NCBI GenBank assembly: GCA_025457815.1
Contig: JALOTQ010000002.1
Coordinates: forward strand, 1 to 59,259
Reading direction: 5' to 3'
Source: Thermoplasmata archaeon
GTDB taxonomy: Archaea > Thermoplasmatota > Thermoplasmata > UBA10834
DNA length: 59,259 nt
Shown here in pieces: positions 1 through 8,903 of this stretch (its first letter is position 1; every line of letters starts with the position of its first letter). The notes beneath the pieces are model-generated. The model worked only from the letters and a program-made list of their open reading frames with translations, was not told where the DNA came from and did no database searches. Both the position numbers and the translations under genes were made by a program.

Positions 1-17
1 ACTATTAATATGATTCG

Positions 18-287
18 GTGAGCCCGTTGCGCCTTCTTGGTGTGATTCAGGACATTTCGCATGATGGCAAGCTCATCGTCAAGGCGCGCTTCCCGCCGAA
101 TCCTAGGGAGATAGTCAGAGACAACCTGAAGGCGGAGATCGGCAGGGTTGTGAAAGTGTTTGGTCCGGTGCGATCTCCATATGTGGCAATCGAACCGAGA
201 AGAGAACTGAAGACACTTGCTGTGCTCGGCAAGGAGGTCTACGTTCAGCAGGAGAGGGACGATGGCAAAGGTAAGAGAAGAGACTGA
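18..287 (+). CDS. gar1: H/ACA RNP component Gar1/Naf1
   Basis: [16 protein letters not shown] motif; gar1-tfb pairing is conserved in archaea; start may be TTG at 27. Confidence 0.85.
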   Translation: MSPLRLLGVIQDISHDGKLIVKARFPPNPREIVRDNLKAEIGRVVKVFGPVRSPYVAIEPRRELKTLAVLGKEVYVQQERDDGKGKRRD

Positions 288-1194
288 ACAGGTCGAAAGA
301 TGCCCCGAGTGCAACAGCTCTCACCTAGTGAGAGACTACGAACGCGGTGAACTTGTGTGCGAGGACTGCGGGATTGTCCTGGACGACCAGCTGATCGACC
401 AGGGTCCCGAGTGGAGGGCCTTCGACGTGGAGCAGGGGGAGAAGAGGGCGAGGACGGGCGCGCCTATGACCTACACCATCCACGACAAAGGCTTGTCGAC
501 CGAGATATCTTGGAAGAACAAGGACTCGTACGGGAAGAGCATCCCGACGAGGAACAGGGCCCAGCTGTACAGACTGAGGAAGTGGCAGCGCAGGATCAGG
601 GTTTCCAACGCGACCGAGAGGAACCTCGCGTTCGCGCTTAGCGAGCTCGACAGGATGGCCTCCTCGATGGGGCTGCCCAGGAACGTCAGGGAGACCGCGG
701 CCATGACGTACAGGAAGGCCGTGAACAAGAACCTGATCAGGGGCAGGAGCATCGAAGGCGTCGTTGCGGCATCGCTGTACGCAGCCTGCAGGCAGTGCAA
801 CGTCCCGAGGACGCTCGACGAGGTCGCGAACTCCTCAAGGGTCGGCAGGAAGGAGATCGGGAGGACCTACAGGTTCATGACGCGCGAGCTCAAGCTCAAG
901 CTGATGCCAACGAAGCCCCAGGACTACGTGTCCAGGTTCTGCTCCGAGCTGAAGCTTTCCGGAGAGGTCCAGGCCAAGGCGGCCGAGATACTGAAGGACG
1001 CCGCCAAGAAGGAGCTCACATCCGGTCGTGGGCCGACGGGTGTGGCTGCGGCCGCGATATACATCTCGTCAATCCTCTGCAACGAGCGGAGGACCCAGAG
1101 AGAGGTCGCGGACATAGCGGGCGTAACAGAGGTCACGATCAGGAACAGGTACAAGGAGCTCACGGAGAAGCTGGGCATCGAGGTCCAGCTCTGA
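262..1194 (+). CDS. tfb: Transcription initiation factor IIB
   Basis: CPEC..CEDC zinc ribbon, GPEWRAF B-reader, two cyclin repeats, [15 protein letters not shown] 262 chosen. Confidence 0.98.
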   Translation: MAKVREETEQVERCPECNSSHLVRDYERGELVCEDCGIVLDDQLIDQGPEWRAFDVEQGEKRARTGAPMTYTIHDKGLSTEISWKNKDSYGKSIPTRNRAQLYRLRKWQRRIRVSNATERNLAFALSELDRMASSMGLPRNVRETAAMTYRKAVNKNLIRGRSIEGVVAASLYAACRQCNVPRTLDEVANSSRVGRKEIGRTYRFMTRELKLKLMPTKPQDYVSRFCSELKLSGEVQAKAAEILKDAAKKELTSGRGPTGVAAAAIYISSILCNERRTQREVADIAGVTEVTIRNRYKELTEKLGIEVQL

Positions 1195-1226
1195 GAAAGC
1201 CCTAACCTTCCAAACCCCTTAGCATC

Positions 1227-1721
1227 CTATCTTTTCAGCATCTGGGTCTTGGTGATGCTCGTGTACTCCGCCGGAGGGCCCATCGGCCTGTATTCACGGT
1301 CGGAGGATGTGGCGTTCATGCTCATCATGAACTGGAACATGAAGAAGAGGGCGGCAATTGGCATGTAGAATGCCTGCACCAGCAGGACGGAAGCCTCGGC
1401 CGACCAGAATCCAATGCTGAACATGGCCAGGGCGAGGGCTGGCGGAATGGCGAACACGACGAGCCACTCGCGGGCGTGCTCCAGAAGACGGGGGCTGGCT
1501 GGATTCCGCCAGGAGAAGAACAGCCCTGCGGCAATCAGGGTGAAGATGGTCACGGGAATCACATAGTCCCACGCGGCCCGCGAATCCATCCCGAGGACGT
1601 AGTGGAGGAATCCGTATACACTCCCGAGCACTAGCAGAGTGGCTGGCGGCGTGAGGAAGAACGCAAACAGCGCATCCGCCCATGTGATCTCCTGAGTACC
1701 GATTCGGTTCACTGTGACCAC
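1227..1721 (-). CDS. Hypothetical membrane protein (~4 TM)
   Basis: Four hydrophobic segments; fills the gap between tfb and gap. Confidence 0.7.
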   Translation of the reverse strand: MVTVNRIGTQEITWADALFAFFLTPPATLLVLGSVYGFLHYVLGMDSRAAWDYVIPVTIFTLIAAGLFFSWRNPASPRLLEHAREWLVVFAIPPALALAMFSIGFWSAEASVLLVQAFYMPIAALFFMFQFMMSMNATSSDREYRPMGPPAEYTSITKTQMLKR

Positions 1722-1862
1722 CCGACGAGTGTATCTATGCAGGCCGCGCTAGATAATCGTTGGCACGGAGTGCCCCAGCCGCTTCGGGGAATGGGGTGAT
1801 GCGTCAGCGTAGAGGGCGCAAATTCTTATGACAGAAGTCCTTTCCATTCGCTGGGGAAGGCC

Positions 1863-2873
1863 TTGACCAAGATTGGCATCAATGGTTTTGGAAGGATTGG
1901 GAGGAACGTCTACCGCGCGGCCCTCGAGAGCAAGGGCATGGGCAAGGAGTTCGAGGTTGTCGCGGTCAACGACATCGCACCAATCGACTCGCTCGCGTAC
2001 ATGCTGAAGTACGATTCCGTTTACAGGAAGCTGGACGAGGAAGTGAAGGTCGAGGGGAATGCAGTCCGAGTGGGCGGCCACAGATTCGAAGTGACTCAGG
2101 TGAAGGACCCGGCCGAGATACCCTGGAAGAACCTCGGGGTGGAGGTCGTCATCGAGTCGACCGGGCTTTTCACTGAGAAGGACAAGGCCGGAAAGCACCT
2201 TGACGCTGGTGCGCGAAAGGTCCTCATATCGGCTCCCGGCAAGGAGCCGGACATCACGGTCGTGCTCGGGGTGAACTTCGACAAGTACGACAAGACGAAG
2301 CACAACATCATCTCGATGGCGTCGTGCACGACGGGCAGCCTCGCCCCGCCCGCCAAGGTGCTCAACGACAAGTTCGACATAGAGAAGGGCATGATGACCA
2401 CCATCCATGCCTACACCGGCGACCAGAGGCTGGTCGACTTGCCGCACAAGGATTTCAGACGAGGCAGGGCGGCGGCGCTCTCTATCATCCCGACCTCGAC
2501 TGGGGCGGCCAAGGCGATAGGAGAGGTGGTGCCTGCCCTCAAGGGCAGGATGAACGGCTTCGCGCTCAGGGTCCCCACGCCTGTTGGATCCGTCACCGAC
2601 CTGACGATCACCACCGCGTCGGAGATGACCGCTGAGGAGGTCAACAAGGCCCTGAAGGAGGCCGCGGACGGACCGATGAAGGGTATTATGGAGTACTGCA
2701 CTGACCCCATTGTCTCCGCGGACGTGATAGGCAACTCGCACTCGGCCATCATCGACTCCTTGTCCACGATGGTCATCGGCGGCAAGGGCAACCTCGGGAA
2801 GATAGTCTCCTGGTACGACAACGAGTGGGGTTACGCGAACAGGCTCGTGGAACTCGCCCCTAAGCTGCTCTGA
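1863..2873 (+). CDS. gap: Class I (bacterial-type) glyceraldehyde-3-phosphate dehydrogenase
   Basis: GINGFGRIGR, VIESTG, ASCTT catalytic Cys, TGAAKA, RVPT, SWYDNEWGY. Confidence 0.96.
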   Translation: MTKIGINGFGRIGRNVYRAALESKGMGKEFEVVAVNDIAPIDSLAYMLKYDSVYRKLDEEVKVEGNAVRVGGHRFEVTQVKDPAEIPWKNLGVEVVIESTGLFTEKDKAGKHLDAGARKVLISAPGKEPDITVVLGVNFDKYDKTKHNIISMASCTTGSLAPPAKVLNDKFDIEKGMMTTIHAYTGDQRLVDLPHKDFRRGRAAALSIIPTSTGAAKAIGEVVPALKGRMNGFALRVPTPVGSVTDLTITTASEMTAEEVNKALKEAADGPMKGIMEYCTDPIVSADVIGNSHSAIIDSLSTMVIGGKGNLGKIVSWYDNEWGYANRLVELAPKLL

Positions 2874-2928
2874 CCAGGCGGAGGGCCGACAGTAGTCATT
2901 AATAGCAGAGCAGCGCTTGATTCAGCCA

Positions 2929-3090
2929 ATGGTTTCCTGCTACGACTGCGAGCACTTCGGGATCAAATGCGTAGGCGTCGTCCCGCCGATCGAGTTCAGG
3001 GACAGGATCGACGAGTACTGCAGCCTGTTCATGATGGTTTCGTGGAGGGACGAGATGTACAAGCCAGCAGGAACAGCCAGGATGAGCTAA
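2929..3090 (+). CDS. 53-aa Cys-rich small protein (putative zinc finger), not in ORF track
   Basis: Hand translation MVSCYDCEHFGIKCVGVVPPIEFRDRIDEYCSLFMMVSWRDEMYKPAGTARMS; G/C-ending codons; TTAATA box ~25 nt upstream; stop overlaps endA stop. Confidence 0.7.
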   Translation: MVSCYDCEHFGIKCVGVVPPIEFRDRIDEYCSLFMMVSWRDEMYKPAGTARMS

Positions 3091-4142
3091 GGCCTGTACC
3101 TGCTCAGGCTCACGTACTCCACTTCCTTGCCCGATACGCGTCCCAGCAGTATCTCCTTCTTCACCCCATGTGCCAACCTGACGGCCCTGCTCACCTCAGG
3201 CCACATGGCCGTGTAATCCTTCGGGACAGCATGCACGAGATAGCGGGCGTGCTGCTTGCCCGGGTCCCCCTCGTACGCCCTGAAGTGAGAGCCGTACTTG
3301 AACCCGGTCTTGACTATCAGGCCCTTCGCCTTCATGTCCTTGAATGCGTCGAGGCGGAGGTCGAAGTCCGGCTGGACCTCGCGCGCACGCTTCTTCAAGG
3401 AGGCCAGTGTCACGGGACGGCCCGTCTTCGCGTCGCTGAGCTTCAGAGCCCCGAGCTCCACGAGGAAAGCCGCCTCGATCAACGATAGCTGCAGCGTCTG
3501 CCCGATTATCTTTCCGAAGTTGTGGTCCCCATGAAGGGCCGTTGCACCTTCGGGCTCCGATATCAAGACCCTGTCCGCCATTATCATCCCGTTCAGGACC
3601 CTGCTCAGGTCGACCGCTCCGAGGCGCCCCTTCGGAGCTGCGCGTCTGACCTCGTAGTAGGTCACGTCGCTCTCCTCGTCGACCACGGCCAGCAGGAGCT
3701 TCTTCCTCACGTCCGTGGTCCTGTCGAGATTCTCCAGGAGAGTGCCGAGATCGAAGGCCGAGCGCTCGGATATGGCCGCGACCCACCACTTGCTGGGCGT
3801 CTTGTTGGGCGAGCCGCCTCTTGGGAACACCCTGAAGTCGAGCGGGGGCTGGCCCAGCTTCACGAGGTAGCCCCTCTGGCGCAGCTCACGGTATACGAGG
3901 TACCGGATCTCGAAGCCCTCGGAGACTTTGTGCGCCAGCCTCAGAAGCTCGGCCGCGGTCCACTTCTTTCCGTCGCCCTCGACCTCGAGCCTGCTCGACT
4001 CGACGAGGTATGTCGCCTCCATGATGTCGAGCTTGAGGCTGCCGCCTGACTGCGGGACGCCGTAGTATCCCTTGTTGTGAATCTGACTTGCCTCCGCCTG
4101 GTCCTCGACGACCACGACGGTGCCCTGCAGGACGCCTGCCAT
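3087..4142 (-). CDS. endA: tRNA-splicing endonuclease (two-unit, homodimeric type)
   Basis: Two tandem EndA units; catalytic unit with KTGFKYGSHFRAY, His (QHARYLV) and HGVKK. Confidence 0.95.
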   Translation of the reverse strand: MAGVLQGTVVVVEDQAEASQIHNKGYYGVPQSGGSLKLDIMEATYLVESSRLEVEGDGKKWTAAELLRLAHKVSEGFEIRYLVYRELRQRGYLVKLGQPPLDFRVFPRGGSPNKTPSKWWVAAISERSAFDLGTLLENLDRTTDVRKKLLLAVVDEESDVTYYEVRRAAPKGRLGAVDLSRVLNGMIMADRVLISEPEGATALHGDHNFGKIIGQTLQLSLIEAAFLVELGALKLSDAKTGRPVTLASLKKRAREVQPDFDLRLDAFKDMKAKGLIVKTGFKYGSHFRAYEGDPGKQHARYLVHAVPKDYTAMWPEVSRAVRLAHGVKKEILLGRVSGKEVEYVSLSRYRP

Positions 4143-4360
4143 GCGACGAGAGTATGCGCTAGAAGCGGGCGGGGGATTCCACCGACATACAAAAATACCT
4201 TCGTGCGAATGAAAATCTCGGAGGGAGGCGGGGAGATCCGGTTGGTAATGCTAGGGTTCCTCCCACTCAAGGGGGATAACTGTCGCCTCGGCTCCCTCCA
4301 CCCTTCTTGGAGAGTACGCTGGCCACATCGTTTCGCACCTCACTTCCTTCTGCACAACCA

Positions 4361-4370
4361 TTATATAGAA
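4361..4370 (+). promoter_or_regulatory. TATA box of hsp20-cdc48
   Basis: TTATATAGAA upstream of the GGAGGTG SD at 4420-4426. Confidence 0.55.
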
Positions 4371-4435
4371 GCGCTAACATAATCTTCTTTCCGAGGTCCC
4401 AAGACCTCTTCCGGAGATTGGAGGTGGTTAACACG

Positions 4436-4936
4436 ATACGAAGGAAGGACAAGAGAGCAGAGCTCGTGCCAAAAGACTACTGGGGCCCAACACTGCTGGA
4501 CCCCATGTCCGTGATGGACGACATGGACAGGCTGTTCGACAACTTCAGGCGGGACTGGGAGGGGGCGTTCCTGCTTCCCCGCAGCTTCACGACCGAGATG
4601 GTAAGGCAGCCTCTGATCGACCTTGCGGACAACGGCAAGGAATACCTGGTCAAAGCCGAGGTCCCGGGGCTCACCAAGGACGACCTCAAGATAGAGATCA
4701 CTGACAGCAGCATCGAGATCTCAGGTGAGACGAAGTTGGAGGAGAGCGAGGAGGACAAGAAGAAGGGGTACATCCGCAGGGAGCGGAGATACGCGAGTTT
4801 CTACAGGTCGCTCCCGCTGCCCGAGAACGTCCTCACGGACAAGGCGGACGCCGAGCTCAAGGATGGCATCCTCACTGTGAAGCTGCCGAAGGCCGCTCCG
4901 CCCGAGAGGAAGGCCAAGAAGGTCCCGGTGAAGTGA
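4436..4936 (+). CDS. hsp20: Small heat shock protein Hsp20 (start uncertain, 4418-4506)
   Basis: Alpha-crystallin domain (PLIDL..AEVPG..ERRYASFYRSLPLP..KDGILTVKLPK) and C-terminal VPV motif. Confidence 0.93.
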   Translation: MRRKDKRAELVPKDYWGPTLLDPMSVMDDMDRLFDNFRRDWEGAFLLPRSFTTEMVRQPLIDLADNGKEYLVKAEVPGLTKDDLKIEITDSSIEISGETKLEESEEDKKKGYIRRERRYASFYRSLPLPENVLTDKADAELKDGILTVKLPKAAPPERKAKKVPVK

Positions 4937-5018
4937 GCAAGGGTTCTGCCGGGGCCCACGAAACCTATTCCACAACGGTTTCCGGTTCGATTCATTTCAA
5001 CATCATCAGGTGATTAGA

Positions 5019-7202
5019 ATGGTTTCCAAGAAGGAGAAGATACTTCGCGTAGTCCAGGCGAAGTCCTCTGACGACGGGAAAGGCGTCGCGAGGGTTGACC
5101 CTGCCCTCATGAAGATACTCGAGCTGAGCCAGGGGGACACTGTCGTGATCGAAGGCTCGAGGAACACTGTCGCGACGGTGTTCAACGGATACCCCGAAGA
5201 CGAGAACAGGGGCACGATTCGCATCGACGGCTCGACGAGGAAGAACGCCGGTGTCGGCCTTGACGAGAAGGTCGGGATCAGGAAGATAGTCCCCAAGCCC
5301 GCAACCAAGGCGACCCTGGCTCCGACCCAGCCGCTGAAGATAGTCGGAGGTGCGGAGTACCTCTCTCAGGTCCTGGAGGGAAGGCCCATCGTGAAGGGAG
5401 ACCTCGTGGAGGTCTCCATCATGGGACGCAAGTTCGACCTCGTGGTCCAGAGCTTCCAGCCAGCCTCCGAGGCGGGAATCATACAGAGCTTCACCGAGGT
5501 CAAGCTCAGCGAGAAACCCGCGAAGCAGGAGGTGGCCAAGGGGCCGAAGGTCGCATACGAGGACATAGGTGGCCTGAAGGACGAGGTGGACAAGGTCAGG
5601 GAGATGATCGAGCTGCCTCTGAGACACCCTGAGCTCTTCGAGAAGCTCGGGGTCGAGGCCCCAAAAGGCGTTCTCCTGCACGGTCCTCCAGGGACCGGGA
5701 AGACCCTGCTGGCCAAGGCTGTCGCGTCTGAGACCAGCGCGAACTTCACGTCCATCGGCGGTCCTGAGATAATGAGCAAGTTCTATGGAGAGAGCGAGGA
5801 GCGCCTCAGGGACATCTTCAAGGAGGCCGCGGAGAACGCTCCCAGCATCATATTCATCGATGAGATAGACTCGATCGCCCCCAAGAGGGACGAGGTCACG
5901 GCCGAGACTGAGCGCAGGATAGTGGCGCAGCTGCTGGCGCTCATGGACGGCCTCGAGGGCAGAGGGAAGGTCGTGGTCATAGGCGCCACGAACAGGCCGA
6001 ACGCGCTGGACCCGGCGATAAGGAGGCCGGGGAGGTTCGACAGGGAGATAGAGATCGGCATACCCGACAAGGACGGAAGGCTGGAGATACTCCAGATACA
6101 CACCCGCGGCATGCCCTTGGCGGACGATGTCGACCTCGTATCGCTGGCCAACATGACTCATGGCTATGTCGGAGCGGACCTGGCAGCACTGTCGAGGGAA
6201 GCTGCGATGAGAGCGCTCAGGAAGATACTTCCGACCATCGATCTCGAGGCGGACGTAATCCCGATCGATGTGCTCAACAGCCTCAGGGTCGGCATGAACG
6301 ATTTCACGGACGCATACCGCGAGATGCAGCCGTCGACCTTGAGGGAGGTCCTGATAGACACCCCCAACGTCAAGTGGGAGGACATAGGAGGGCTCGAGGA
6401 GCCCAAGCAGGAGCTCATGGAGTCTGTCGAGTGGCCTCTCAGATACGGCCCGCTCTACAGGCACATGAACGCCACTCCGCCGAAGGGCATCCTCCTGTAC
6501 GGTCCACCGGGAACTGGCAAGACCCTCCTCGCGAAGGCGGTCGCGACCGAGAGCCAGGCGAATTTCATCAGCATCAAGGGCCCTGAGTTCCTGTCCAAGT
6601 GGGTCGGTGAGAGCGAGAAGGCCGTCCGGGAGACCTTCAGAAAGGCGCGTCAGGCGGCCCCGTGCGTCGTCTTCCTGGACGAGATAGACGCCGTCGCTCC
6701 CGTGAGGGGGACTTCATCCGATTCGGGCGTGACGGAGCGCGTCATCAGCCAGCTGCTCACCGAGATGGACGGGCTCGAAGTGCTCCACAACGTCATAGTG
6801 ATCGCCGCCACCAACAGGCCCGACATCATAGACACGGCCCTGCTGAGGCCGGGCAGGTTCGACCGCTTGGTCTACATCGCCCCGCCCGACCTCGAGGCGC
6901 GCAAGGAGATACTCAAGATACACACGAAGGGCAAGCCCCTCGACAAGGACGTCGACCTGAACAAGCTGGCCGGCAAGATGCACAACTACACCGGTGCCGA
7001 GATCGCCGCCGTGTGCAACGAGGCCGTGATGCTCTCGATCAGGGACTATGTCCTCGAAGGCGGAGAGATGGACGAGGAGAAGATCAGGGAGCGCAAGGTG
7101 GGCATGAAGTACTTCGAGAAGGCCATGGAGAACGTGGAGCCCATGAGCGAGAGCGAGCTGAAGAGGTACGAGAAGCTCGCGCCGAACTCCATGTATCGGT
7201 AA
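5019..7202 (+). CDS. cdc48: CDC48/VAT family AAA+ ATPase
   Basis: N-domain plus two AAA modules, each GPPGTGKT / DEID / ATNRP / RPGRFDR. Confidence 0.97.
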   Translation: MVSKKEKILRVVQAKSSDDGKGVARVDPALMKILELSQGDTVVIEGSRNTVATVFNGYPEDENRGTIRIDGSTRKNAGVGLDEKVGIRKIVPKPATKATLAPTQPLKIVGGAEYLSQVLEGRPIVKGDLVEVSIMGRKFDLVVQSFQPASEAGIIQSFTEVKLSEKPAKQEVAKGPKVAYEDIGGLKDEVDKVREMIELPLRHPELFEKLGVEAPKGVLLHGPPGTGKTLLAKAVASETSANFTSIGGPEIMSKFYGESEERLRDIFKEAAENAPSIIFIDEIDSIAPKRDEVTAETERRIVAQLLALMDGLEGRGKVVVIGATNRPNALDPAIRRPGRFDREIEIGIPDKDGRLEILQIHTRGMPLADDVDLVSLANMTHGYVGADLAALSREAAMRALRKILPTIDLEADVIPIDVLNSLRVGMNDFTDAYREMQPSTLREVLIDTPNVKWEDIGGLEEPKQELMESVEWPLRYGPLYRHMNATPPKGILLYGPPGTGKTLLAKAVATESQANFISIKGPEFLSKWVGESEKAVRETFRKARQAAPCVVFLDEIDAVAPVRGTSSDSGVTERVISQLLTEMDGLEVLHNVIVIAATNRPDIIDTALLRPGRFDRLVYIAPPDLEARKEILKIHTKGKPLDKDVDLNKLAGKMHNYTGAEIAAVCNEAVMLSIRDYVLEGGEMDEEKIRERKVGMKYFEKAMENVEPMSESELKRYEKLAPNSMYR

Positions 7203-7266
7203 CGGCCCTCGAGTGCAAGTATGATTACGCTGGATTCGTATAACCGGAAGGAGAAATGACACCTGG

Positions 7267-8226
7267 ATGGCGCAGAAGAGGGAAGATCTCGTAGCCCAGA
7301 TCAGGAGCACGCTCGCGAAGACGGGCTGGTTCGTGTCAGACCCGCACAACATACGGAGCATAAGCTTTGACATCATCGCGCGGAGGGACAAGGAGCTCCT
7401 GATCATCAAGGCGCTGACCAACATAGACTCGCTGTCCATCGACGACGCCGAGCAGCTGCGTGTGCTCGCTACCGCCCTGCGCGCCAGCCCCATGGTCATC
7501 GGCCTGCACTCTGGCTCCGGGAAGCTGGAGGACGGCATCCTCTACTCGAGGTTCGGCATCCCGATCATCTCAGACGCGACCTTCCGCGAACACATGGTGG
7601 ACGGCGTCCCGCCGTTCGTCTACGCAGCCCCCGGAGGCCTCTATGTCCGTCTTGACGGCGAGCTCATGAGAAGGATCCGCCAGGACAGGAACATCTCGCT
7701 GGGGGCGCTGGCGGAGGTCGCTGGGGTCTCCAGGAAGGCCATACAGATGTACGAGAGCGGCATGGGCGCCATGGTGGAGATCGCCGCGAAGATCGAGGAG
7801 TTCCTGAACGAGCCCATCGTCGTCCCGCTCAACCCGTTCTCCTATTCCCCTGAGATGGCCAGGGCCCTGAGGGCGTTCGACGACTTCTCTGGCCTCAACA
7901 GGGACGTCTTCCAGATGCTGAAGGAGATAGGATACTCCGTCGTGCCCACGATCCGATGCCCGTTCGACGCGCTCGCCAGCGAGGACGAGGTCCTCCTTCT
8001 CACCGGAGTTGAGCAGAACCCCAACATGACCGAGAGGAAGGCCAGGGTGGTCGGGAACATATCGAGGGTGACCGAGAAGAAGTCCGTCATATTCGTCAGG
8101 GAGACCACGTCCGTCAAATCAATAGAGGGCACTCCGCTCATCACGCAGGACGAGCTGAGGCGCGCGGATGACGTCGACGACGTGCTCGAGCTGATACTGC
8201 AGAGGGAGAAGAGGAAGAAAGCATGA
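7267..8226 (+). CDS. Conserved archaeal HTH transcriptional regulator (COG1395-like)
   Basis: SFDIIARR, YAAPGGLYV, central Cro-type HTH (ISLGALAEVAGVSRKAIQMYE), PFDALA. Confidence 0.88.
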   Translation: MAQKREDLVAQIRSTLAKTGWFVSDPHNIRSISFDIIARRDKELLIIKALTNIDSLSIDDAEQLRVLATALRASPMVIGLHSGSGKLEDGILYSRFGIPIISDATFREHMVDGVPPFVYAAPGGLYVRLDGELMRRIRQDRNISLGALAEVAGVSRKAIQMYESGMGAMVEIAAKIEEFLNEPIVVPLNPFSYSPEMARALRAFDDFSGLNRDVFQMLKEIGYSVVPTIRCPFDALASEDEVLLLTGVEQNPNMTERKARVVGNISRVTEKKSVIFVRETTSVKSIEGTPLITQDELRRADDVDDVLELILQREKRKKA

Positions 8227-8864
8227 CCTCCGACCCGGTAGTTCTCGACGGCTGTTCTGTCCAGATCCTTGGAGTGATCAAAGGCCTAGCCTCCGAGGCC
8301 GGGAAGGTCCAGAAGGCCTTCGAAGAATTCAAGCCCGACAAGGTGGCCGTCTCCCTCTCCAAGGAGAACATCGACGGCCTCAGGGACATGCCCGACGATT
8401 TCGAACCGCTCCTCACCGATTACGAGGAGTACTACGCGAAGGGGCTGGAGAGGTTCGGAGAGGTGAGGGCGCCTCCACCGTGCTATGTAGCAGTCGTGGA
8501 GATGGCAGACCATCTCAAGATCCCGCTGGCCGCGGCAGACTTCGACGAGGACGAGTACACGGCGCTCTACTGCGCCGCGGTCTCGGGCGCTAACCTGTTC
8601 AGACACACGATGAGGAAATGGATCGTGAGGCGCAGGAAGTTCAGCACCAAGAGCGCCGAGGACTTCGTCAAGGCCTGGGACAGGTCCATCAACGGCCTGG
8701 AGGGATTCAGGATAATAGAGCAGAGACGGGCGGAGCATATGGCGAAGGAGATCCTCCGAGAATGCAAGGTATCGAAACGCCTCCTGGCCGTCATAGAGCT
8801 GGAAAGGGCGGAGGATGTCGTGAAGCTGCTCCGATCTAAGGCGCGACCTCCCGCAGAAGGATAG
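8223..8864 (+). CDS. Conserved hypothetical protein (possibly TraB-like fold)
   Basis: ATGA-coupled to the regulator; ILGVIKGL..FKPDKVAV..LLAVIELER pattern. Confidence 0.7.
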   Translation: MTSDPVVLDGCSVQILGVIKGLASEAGKVQKAFEEFKPDKVAVSLSKENIDGLRDMPDDFEPLLTDYEEYYAKGLERFGEVRAPPPCYVAVVEMADHLKIPLAAADFDEDEYTALYCAAVSGANLFRHTMRKWIVRRRKFSTKSAEDFVKAWDRSINGLEGFRIIEQRRAEHMAKEILRECKVSKRLLAVIELERAEDVVKLLRSKARPPAEG

Positions 8865-8903
8865 AAAAACAGATGATGGGAAGGGGTTTGAAAGCCTCTA
8901 CTA

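Noticed and set aside
4361..4400. HSR1-type heat-shock operator (CTAAC-N5-GTTAG) at the hsp20 promoter
   Set aside because: Only the CTAAC half-site is present; the hsp20-cdc48 pairing is already known in Euryarchaeota
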